Source of the DNA: Macrostomum hystrix
Taxonomy: Eukaryota > Animalia > Platyhelminthes
Reading direction: 5' to 3'
Length of the DNA stretch: 64,000 nucleotides
Assembly (NCBI GenBank): GCA_950097015.1
Contig: CATNEN010000033.1
Span: forward strand, 930,001-994,000
The notes beneath the pieces were generated by a model. The model made no database searches. It saw only the letters and a list, made by a program, of their open reading frames with translations, and was not told the DNA's origin. Below, piece by piece: positions 37,801-47,100 of this stretch. Position 1 is the stretch's first letter, and each line of letters opens with the position of its first letter. Both the position numbers and the translations under genes were made by a program.

Positions 37801-38269
37801 AATCAGCACGTGGTCGAGCTGCGCCAAGCGGGTCGTGGCGAATCGGCCTCGCGCGTTCCGCCTCCTTCGCTTGCAGCCGGCGAAGGTCGCCAGCCGGTTG
37901 GGCGGTTTGCGGAAGCGCGTGTTGGCTGACACCAGGTCGAGCCTCGCCATCAGGTCCGCTAGCGCGGCGGTGTTGGCGTTCTGGCGTGGCGACACAAACG
38001 GGCAGCGCTGGGACCGCGGTGCTACAGCGTTGAGATCACCAAGCATCACCACAGTGTCGCGGTGCGCCACCATCTCGAGCTGCTCCGACAGGAACTCGAA
38101 GAATTCCTGCACCTCCTGCTGATGGGCAGCTGTGGGAGCGTACGCACAGAAAAGCCGCACATTGCGGCGACGTAGTCTCACGTCCACGCGCAGCAGTCGG
38201 GCTGACAGGCTGACGCAGCAGATGCTCTCGCGTAGCCGTGGTCCGACAAGCACGCCGACTCCTCCGCGG

Positions 38270-38337
38270 GCCTGTCAAACGGAGCTCCCTTCACGTGGGG
38301 ACAGGTGCCACAGACGCGTTCTGTGCCAAATGCTCCG
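38270..38337 (+). ncRNA. HDV-like self-cleaving ribozyme at the 5' end of the Ingi-like element
   Basis: Hand fold: P1 GCCTGTC (38270-76)/GACAGGT (38300-06) with G1-U wobble; P2 CGGAGC (38280-85)/GCTCCG (38332-37); P3 CCC/GGG; L3 TTCACGT; single-bp P1.1 C38292-G38307; P4 CACAGA/TCTGTG; J4/2 CCAAAT with candidate catalytic C38327. Confidence 0.85.
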
Positions 38338-38357
38338 GCTCCCCGGATGTCGCTTCG

Positions 38358-41300
38358 ATGTCCGCACCCCAACCCGCTGGCGGGTTTTTGGGAGGGTGGC
38401 AGGCCAACCCCGACTGGTCTCGCCGCCGGGTTCTGTTGTCGGGGGATGTTGAGACGAACCCCGGTCCTATCCAGGCCGATCTCCGTGTCCTGCAGTGGAA
38501 CCTAAACGGGCTACAGGCGCGTCGACCGGCACTTGAACGGCTGCTGGAGGAAAACAAAATAGACATCGCCCTTCTGCAGGAATCTAACCTCACCGAGAGA
38601 GAGCCCACACCCAAGTTCCGCGGCTACACCGTCCACCGCCGCGACCGGGTCGTCCACCGGGGGGGTGGCGGTCACCATGGAGGCCTGCTCACTCTGGTCA
38701 AACAAGGCCTGGCCCATGAAGAGGTGGAGGCGGGTCTGCGGACCCCCGTCAACGCGGCCCTGGAGCAGCTGACCATCCGTCTGTTCGGGGACAAGTCCAA
38801 GCCGCTGCACCTCACCAACCTCTACCGCCCACCTGTACGGCACTCCGACGCGGACGACCGGGACGGGGCCCTACACACCAACGGCTGGCCCACCGATGGG
38901 CACTGGCTGCTGATGGGCGACCTCAACGCTCACGGTAGCTGGGACCCGAATGCTGATCCGGACTCCCCGGGAAGCGAGCTCGACGATTGGCTGAGCGACC
39001 ACGGCTGGATGGCGCTCAACGACGGCAGTGCCACTAGAGTGAGCCCGGGGGGTGGTGAGTCGGCGCCCGACGTGTCGCTCTGCAGTGCTGTCTGGTCCAG
39101 CCGGATCAGCTGGCGCGTGGGGGACGCCATGGGGTCGGACCACCTTCCTCTGCTGCTGACCATCGCCTTCACCCAAACCCATGAACGCCGCCGCCCAGCT
39201 GGCTTCAACCTGCGACGGGCGGACTGGCCGACCTACGCGACGCGGGCGGGTGATTTTTTCCTGGGCTGGCCGGCGGACGGCTTTCGGTCCGTGGAGGCCG
39301 CCAATGCAGACTTCTGCCGCAGGATCCTGGAAGCGGCGAGCTGCATCCCCAAGGGCAGAGTTAAGAAGGCCAAGAGCTGGTGGGACGAGCGTTGCAGACG
39401 GGCCCAGGGCGCCACTCGCGGCGCCTTAGCGGCAGCCAGAGCCGCGCCAGGTGACTTGGAAGCCGCGGCGAGGTACCGCGCTGCCCGCGACCAAGCCGAC
39501 CGAGTGTACCAACAGGCGAAGACCGAGTCCTGGCAAGGTTTCGTCGCGGAGCTGTCGGCCAGGTCCCCAGACAACAAGGTCTGGAACACCATCAGGGCCC
39601 TCGATGGCCGAGCGCATGAGGGCCCTTTGACGACCTGCAGACGCGGCCGATGACGAGGACCCTGGTGGCAGCGATCGACTTCTTCGCTGCTTTTGACCGA
39701 ACCTGGCGCCTCGGGGTGCTTCGGCAACTGGCTCGAGCGAGCGCCCCGGGACGGTGGCTGCGCTGGATCCGCGCGTTTCTGGCTGACCGGAGAGCTCGAG
39801 TGCGCTGGGTTGATAGCATGAGCCGCCCCAAGATCCTGAAGGAGGGAGTCCCGCAAGGCAGTCCGTTGTCCCCGCTGCTGTTCAACATTGCGACCTGTAC
39901 CCTGCCAGCCGCCATCCAGTCCGCCGCCCCGCTCTGTAAGCCGCTGCAATACGCCGATGACCTGTCCATCAAGACGTCGGCGGGCACTGCGGCGGCAGCG
40001 GCGGAGAACATGCAACAAGCGTTGGAAGCGGCAGAAACCTGGTGCCAGCAGCATCACTTCGAACTGGCCCCAAACAAGACCGAGGCCCTGCTGGTGAGTA
40101 CCCATCCAGTGGAGAATACCGAGGCCTTCAGCAACTCTGTTCAGCTCCAGGTCGGTGGGCAGACGATCAGCTGCCAGAAGGAGGCGCGCATCCTGGGGGT
40201 GTTCGTGGACTCCCAGGTCACCTTCGCCGAGCAGGCCCGCCGCGCGCTGGCTGCCATGCGGAGCCGGCTCAACGCCCTGCGGGCTGTGGCTTCCCGCCGG
40301 TGGGGAGCTGACGCTGATACGCTTCGTCGGCTCTACTGCGGCTACGTTCGCCCGGCGGGGCTGTACGCGGCAGAGGTGTGGTGGCCTTTTCTGGCTCGCA
40401 CCCACCGGGAGCGGTTGGAGTCGATGAATTACGCCGCGGCCCGGGCTATCACCGGTGTCAGTCCCGGTGCCCGGGCTGCTGCGCTGATCGCGGACGCCGG
40501 GCTACAGCCCCTGGACGTCATTTGCCGGATTCGGGCGGCTGAGCTCTACCTGCGATGCCGCCAGTTCAGCGAGGACCACCCGCTGCGGAAGCTAACCGAC
40601 GCCCCGCCGAACACGACGAGACTGCGGTCGAGAGGGGGCGGGACCCGCGGGTGCTGGAGAGAGACGGCGCTTGCGGCCCTGGAGGAGGCGGGATGTCACG
40701 CTAGGAACATCGAGGGGTGCGTTCCGCTCTCCTGCCTGCACCGGCCGTGGACCCCTCATCACTCGGCCCGCTTCGCTGCGGCGGATGCTGGGCGCGAGGA
40801 GCCCCCGGAGGTCCGACGCGCGAGGGCCTTAGAACTGCTGGACTCCCTTCGCCGGAGCGACCCGCCGTACCTCCAAATCTGGACAGACGGGGCGGCGGAA
40901 GAAGGCTTCAGAAATGGCGGAGGAGGCTACATCATCCGGCGTCAAGCTATCGGCCCCGACGTCAAGGGCAGTATCCCGACCGGACGGTGGACCAGTTCGA
41001 CCACTTCAGAAGCGGCCGCGGCGGCGGCGGGGCTCGAGGCAGCCCTCGGTCTCCTTCGGGGGAAGCCGAGCTCGGCGATCTGGCTGCTGTTCGACTCACG
41101 AGCCCTGTTCCAGCGGCTGCAGTCCTCGACCAAGTGCCTGCAAGACCACGCCACCGCGCAAGCCGCGATCCTGCTCCAACAGCTGGCCAGCGAGCACAGG
41201 CCAACGGTCATCTGGATCCCAGGGCATGCAGGCCTTGCGCTTAACGAGGCCGCCGATGAGCTGGCCCGGAGAGGGTCCGCCATGCAGCAAGACCCCCAGC

Positions 41301-41731
41301 CAGTCCCCGTGTCGGCCGCCAGGGCCGCCCTCCGTCGCCAGGGACGAGCGGCCGAATTGGCTGAGTATAATCAGCTGGTTCCGGCGGACCACCCCCACAG
41401 GCTCTGCGGCGGAGCGCAGTTCATCCACCGGCCAGGCTGGCCGCGGACGGCCGAGGTGGCGCTGTACCAGCTTCGGGCCAACCGGGCGCCCTTCCTGCAG
41501 GCCACCCGGCATCGTTGGGGCCGCGACCCAACCGCTGCCTGCCCGCACTGCAATGCCCCCGAAGAAGACACCCGGCATTTCCTGTTAGACTGCCCCAGGT
41601 GGGCGGAGGAGCGCCGGCTTCACATCCCAGAGGCTATCAACGGCTCTATGTCCCCACTGCAGAACGACCCAGAAGGGGTGCGGGCCTTCGTCGAGGCGTC
41701 GGGCGCGCTGGCGCGCCCCCCGTATGCCTAG
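38358..41731 (+). pseudogene. Ingi-like polyprotein (2A-APE-RT-RNase H) broken by an internal deletion and frameshift near 39610-39650
   Basis: First in-frame ATG after the ribozyme is at 38358 and the frame runs to TGA at 39653. A second frame (FDDLQTRPMTRTLVAAIDF...) runs to 41731. The early RT motifs (PKPGK, YRPISL, Q.GFR) are absent at the junction. Confidence 0.85.
38412..38468 (+). other. 2A-like ribosome-skipping (StopGo) peptide DWSRRRVLLSGDVETNPG|P
   Basis: Exact match to the D(V/I)ExNPGP consensus at 38445-38468, in frame and immediately upstream of the APE domain. Confidence 0.88.
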
Positions 41732-42269
41732 CTTGGGATCCGAACCAACACACACACACACACTCCTCCGCGGCCTCTGCTGTCCGCTGACGTGTAGTGC
41801 AGCGTCCAGCCGCTCCCCAGATCCTCACGGTGTAGGCCAGCAGTGATTGACACCTCCTGCAGCTAGCATGACGAGGTCCAGCCGCAGGTCAGATGCCAGC
41901 TTTGCGAGCATGCCCCTTCTCCAGGCAGACTTTAGTTGAAGGTTGCTAGCCTTAGAGCGCGGTTTGTAAAGGCTGGGGCCCGATGTTGGTGGGCCTCACG
42001 GTCCCCGGCGCCACCCGGCGGAGCCGGCTGGGCGGGGGTCGGCAGATCAGTGTTGCCAGCAGATTGGCGGAGGCGGCCTTTCATTCGCCCTCGCCAGTTG
42101 CGTTCCCTTCGCCGCTCGGTGCGACGTCGGGTGCTTCGCTGTCCACGCCGTCCTCCCGACCTGCCGCACTTGGCAGCCGCAGCACCAGGGCGCGGCTCTC
42201 CGTGTTGGCCGAGGCAAGCGCTGGGGGCTCCAGCGTCACCAGGAGGCGCGGCATTTATTTGCACTAGGG

Positions 42270-42432
42270 TGCAAATAATTTAACACTGCAAATAATTTAA
42301 CACTGCAAATAATTTAACACTGCAAATAATTTAACACTGCAAATAATTTAACACTGCAAATAATTTAACACTGCAAATAATTTAACACTGCAAATAATTT
42401 AACACTGCAAATAATTTAACACTGCAAATAAG
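42270..42432. repeat. 17-bp minisatellite (TGCAAATAATTTAACAC), ~9 copies
   Basis: Tandem copies abutting the 5' end of the RTE-like element. Confidence 0.95.
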
Positions 42433-42837
42433 GACTATGGAAACTTGAATTTGTGGAGCAGATCAATACAGTCATTATATTCTACGAGTATATATGAGCA
42501 AGGTGCCTATGGGCATGAAGCTGCATATATGCGACTCTTGAATGAATATGAGTTCCAATTATTGATTTCACGCAGAGCGGAACAAGTGCAGCATGGTGGA
42601 TGCGCGCATCCTGTTCAAATTGTGAGACAGGAAAAGCAAATACACACGATTTCCCGAAACAGCCTTTGTTGCCAGGTCTGCCCTGTCCCCTTGAAATTAT
42701 GCATTTTGAAGATGAGAAAAAAATTAGCAAGAAACTTGCCTGCCTGCATTCTCGTAGTTATAGACTGCTAAATTGAACTGTTCAATAATATAGACAGAAT
42801 TTTCGCTGTCTACCTCTTTAATAACATCTGCGTTTTC

Positions 42838-43352
42838 CTTCGAATAGGTCCTGTCTGTCCTGTTCGAATAGGTCCTGTCTGTCCTGTTCGAATAGGTCCT
42901 GTCTGTCCTGTTCGAATAGGTCCTGTCTGTCCTGTTCGAATAGGTCCTGTCTGTCCTGTTCGAATAGGTCCTGTCTGTCCTGTTCGAATAGGTCCTGTCT
43001 GTCCTGTTCGAATAGGTCCTGTCTGTCCTGTTCGAATAGGTCCTGTCTGTCCTGTTCGAATAGGTCCGTCTGTCTGTCGAATAGGTCCTGTCTGTCTGTC
43101 GAATAGGTCCTGTCTGTCCTGTTCGAATAGGTCCTGTCTGTCCTGTTCGAATAGGTCCTGTCTGTCCTGTTCGAATAGGTCCTGTCTGTCCTGTTCGAAT
43201 AGGTCCTGTCTGTCCTGTTCGAATAGGTCCTGTCTGTCCTGTTCGAATAGGTCCTGTCTGTCCTGTTCGAATAGGTCCTGTCTGTCCTGCTCGAATAGGT
43301 CCTGTCTGTCCTGTTCGAATAGGTCCTGTCTGTCCTGTTCGAATAGGTCCTG
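42838..43352. repeat. 24-bp minisatellite (CGAATAGGTCCTGTCTGTCCTGTT), ~21 copies
   Basis: Tandem copies; explains ORF 42810..43370. Confidence 0.95.
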
Positions 43353-43899
43353 TATTGTCGATCTCTCCACGGTCGACTAACTCTCTAGTACTTCATCTCA
43401 TATCTCCTGTGTCCCATCTCTCACGTGTCCCATCTCTCCTATGTCTCGTCTCTCCACAGCTTCATCTCTCCACTGTGGAGATGAGACTCGATGATATGAG
43501 TTCTCGCAATATTTTCATAGGAATGAAAGTGCCCTCATATAAAAATGAAATAGATAGATATTATCAGTAACTTTTACGACCCAATCGACATAAACACTCT
43601 ATATACTATTGTGTCTAGACTGAATTTCACAGCGTGCAAACTAGCAGCTACACGTACTAGTCCAGCTTTTGTTATTGACAGACATGATGGGAATCATAAT
43701 TCATTATTGAAACAATGCAACCTATCAAGTCGTTTGGCCCAGCAGGCCTTATGTAGTCAGAATATCAAACGAGAGGAAGCGCGGGTGCACTGCAGTAGCA
43801 CAAGTGCTTCGCTGATGCAAGTCAATCGACGAAGATCATTCGCCGGTTCTGACCAGCGCCTGTCTTCCCCCGGCTATTTCCCTGTCTAGTCTCCTATTT

Positions 43900-44006
43900 C
43901 TCTCCTCTCTCATTGGCTCCTGCGTCTGTCAAACGAATCGTCGGAGCTGTAACCAACATGGCGGAGGAGGGGAGAAGGGACTGCGAGTTCAGAGCCAGCG
44001 GTAAGT
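43900..44006 (+). promoter_or_regulatory. Candidate promoter and first 5'-UTR exon of the mGluR-like gene
   Basis: Reverse CCAAT (CATTGGCT, ~43911), YY1-like CAACATGGCGG at 43954-43964 and a strong donor GCG|GTAAGT at 44000/44001. Confidence 0.35.
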
Positions 44007-44146
44007 TAGTGAGAAGCACGTATTTAGCTGCTGGGCGCATATTGACAGTATAGCTGCTGCTGAGTTCCGTTCCAAGCCGGGATCATGGATGAGTATCCGG
44101 TTCCAGTTGCTGCTGTCCTTCGAGCTACATTGACGTCGCAATAGTC

Positions 44147-47100
44147 ATGGCAACCAGGCCACTACTTTCTCGCAGAGTCTCCACACAGCTGCTACTTACG
44201 ATCGTGCTGCTGCTCATTCAAGAGTCGCATTCGTCAGAGCTGCAGAGCGATCGCCGGGTCAGCTTTCAGACTGGGGTGTACCCGGGCGATCTGCTGCTGG
44301 GAGCCCTGTACCCCCTGCACTACGCCAACCTGTCCGCTGGGCCCTGGGATCGCTGCGGCCGTCTAAACCCGCTGGAAGGCGTCCAGGCAGTGGAGGCGAC
44401 TCTATTCACCCTGGAGCGCCTGCGACAGTCCGGCCTGCTGGCTGGCAACCTCAGCATCGGTGCCCTAGCGGTGGACACCTGCCAGGATGTGGACGTGGCG
44501 CTCAATCAGTCGTTGAACTTCACCAACGCTTTGGCTGCCGGGGCGCTGCGCCGTGGACTCATCCGGTGTCCGGCCGGAGGCCAGCCAGCATTCGTAGCCA
44601 ATGCCGGCGCTAGCGTAGGAGGCACCGACGGTGTCATCGGTCTGCTAGGAGCCGCCGAGAGTGACGTTACTGTAGCCATAGCCGGCTTCATGAAGCACTT
44701 CAGGGTGCCGCAGGTAGGGCTGGTTGTAGAATTTTTGTTTTTTAAGATTCACCTCCTATCCCACAGGAATCCCTAACGCCTATCACTCTTCACATTTCCA
44801 GCCAACTCGCTCCATTTCCTAGCCTCCCGATCACAGTTCGCGCCTCGATCCCCCCAACCCCCAGCCCTCTAGCCTAGCGCTCTCCACTCTTCACTTGTCC
44901 AGCAACCTCGCTCCATTTTCTACCCTCCCAATTCACACCTCGAGCCCCCCAGCCCTACACTCCCCATCTTCAATTCCCAACCACCTCGATCCATTTTCTA
45001 CCCTCCCAGTTAACACCTCTATCCCCCAACCCAACACTCTTCACTCTACGCTTGTCCAGCCACCTCGCTCCATTTCCTACCCTCCCTGGTCACACCTCGA
45101 GCCCCCAGCCCTACACTCCCCATCTTCAATTCCCAACCACCTCGATCCATTTTCTACCCTCCCAGTTAACACCTCTATCCCCCAACCCAACATTCTTCAC
45201 TCTACGCTTGTCCAGCCACCTCGCTCCATTTCCTACCCTCCCAGTTCGCTCCTCTATTGCCCAGCCCAACGCTCTCCACTCTTCACTCTTAGAAACGCTG
45301 CCACAGAGCCCTGCAATAAATTAACACACAGGGCTATCACATAAGTTTCTGGCCCGTTTTGCAGCCAGAGTTCGCCAAAAAAACTCCTGGATGAGCACAT
45401 TTGTGTCTCAGAATTCGGCACTGCCGATTGACAAGTCAGTTGAATATGCAAATTACTAGATAAATTGGTATCTAGTCGTATCGTTTTTAGGCGCAATGGT
45501 CGCTATTTCCTTGTGAAAAGTAATTGTCTGGCCACCTAATTTCTATTCATTGAATATTGTGTCATTTTTCATACAAGTACTCGTATTTTAGTAAGGAGAT
45601 TCGGTTTATCCATTAGGAAGGAAATTTTAACAGCAAAAACTCCCATGATCTTCATAAGAGTAGAAATTTGAAAATTATTCCTCCAGGTGTTTAAGAAACT
45701 AAATACAAAAGTTCTTTTTGAAGTGAAACTCCCTTACCCTTGTCTGTGGACTAGGTTATCCTCCCTTACCAAGTCTGTGTATGCGATAATACCATGGTGA
45801 GCACCATGCGCTAGTGTTAAGATCTAGAATGATTAATAGTTAATATGAAAATCATGCCCAAATTTAGTGGTAGTGAAATCACAGATAAAAGTACACAGTC
45901 CTGGGCCTAGCAAACAGACCGGTAGAAGCGCTCAACCAGCAGTCAGGTCCACGCACAGCCGCTTTCCAGGCAAAGCAAACAGAAGAAATTCCTGCAGATA
46001 TTTGCTTTCCCCCCCGACTCATCAATTCTCAATTCAGAAGATTTTTTCTAAGAACTCTCGCTGCCCAAGTCACGTGATACGAAGCTGGGGAGCGGAATTG
46101 GTGGGGGGTAGAATGTTCCCTTCGCGGTGACTTCCCTTCCGCACGGTCACTCAGCTCTGCTTCATTCATCGGCCAAGCAACTGCTTAAATTTCAGATCAG
46201 CTACCTGTCCACCTCGCCGATTCTGAGCTCCAAGGAGAAGTTCCCCTACTTTCTGCGCACGGTGCCATCCGATTCTAATACAGTTCGAGGCATTGTGGAC
46301 CTACTCAGGTGAGAAGCTGCTATAGTAATACTAGTAACAACAAAATAAAAAAATAGAAATAAGAATAAAATTAATATAAAAATTATTTTAGTTTCATCCA
46401 GTAAAAAATATATCTTGAGTATAAATTATAGATAAAGAGAATGATATAAACATTAAATTATTAAATTGTTAAATTATTATTATTATTATTATTATTAAAT
46501 TATTAAATTAAATTAAATTTATAACTAATTAAATAATACCAATAATAGTTTAACAACACCGACGAGAACAACAACAGAAATCTTAAAAACAAAGAAATTA
46601 TTAAAATTATATAACAATATTATTTATTTAAAAGTATTGCTAACAATTTTCCTCCTTGCTTAATCGTTTCTATTTGTTAATATTTGTTTTTTATTAGCAT
46701 TATTATTATCTTATTATTACTAGCTTGGAGACAATTCTGATTATTCGGTTGACTCCTGAGCACACTGAGCACACGCAGATACCGTTCGCAGGCAGTGTCT
46801 GCCCACTGAATTTTTCATTTTAAATTGGCTCTCTAGGGCGTATATTGGGCCCAAATGAATGTGGCCTCGACGCGGAATCGAGCTCAGGGACCTTGGTGCG
46901 AGAGACAAATGCGTGAAACTCTCTGCATGCCATGAACCCGAGTCGCTGCATTATGCCATTAATATGCCGGGGAATTCTCGATGTTTCTTTGCAAGACATG
47001 CAAGGTGAAACAGCCCACTCGGTTACAAGTCCTTGAATGGTCCTCAACGTGAGTAGGCTCCGCTTCTAAAAGAGAAGAAATATTTTTTCTTAGATTCGAA

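Larger units (their letters stand above)
38270..41761 (+). mobile_element. Ingi-like (I group) non-LTR retrotransposon with both ends intact: HDV-like ribozyme, 2A, APE, RT, RNase H, CCHC
   Basis: 12-bp TSD ACTCCTCCGCGG at 38258-38269 and 41762-41773; (CA)n tail ending at 41761. APE motifs WNLNG, LQES, LYRPP, GDLNAH, GSDH. RT motifs IDFFAAFD, GVPQGSPLSP, YADD. RNase H motifs WTDG, SE, FDS, WIPGHAG, NEAAD. C-terminal CPHC...H...C. Confidence 0.92.
36384..42255 (-). mobile_element. RTE-like non-LTR retrotransposon (defective), split by a nested Ingi-like insertion
   Basis: 5' part 41774-~42255 encodes the APE start (LRLATFN*, LQEVS, ...DSRGRGGV). It resumes at 38257 (GVLVGPR, CAYAPT, LGDLNA, LDHVL, SDHRL), then HRGISLMS...EQNGFRP, joined at ~37075 to the RT C-terminus (FVYLG, LLYNAETWT). 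(TAT)n tail at ~36384-36402. The RT core including YADD is missing. Confidence 0.85.

Noticed and set aside
38238-38357. ORF-track start at 38238 with an apparent CAKC zinc motif
   Set aside because: The start lies outside the element, upstream of the TSD. The translated stretch is the ribozyme itself; the plausible start is the ATG at 38358.
39233-41578. Long antisense and alternate-frame ORFs over the LINEs (e.g. 39233..40405 -, 36640..37131 +) and over piwi and GPCR exons
   Set aside because: Shadow ORFs of GC-rich coding sequence with no recognisable domains.
41950-42260. A second HDV-like ribozyme at the 5' end of the RTE-like host
   Set aside because: Searched by eye on the minus strand; no L3-like TYCHCG loop with matching P1/P2/P3. 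The true 5' end may be lost, and no TSD was found.
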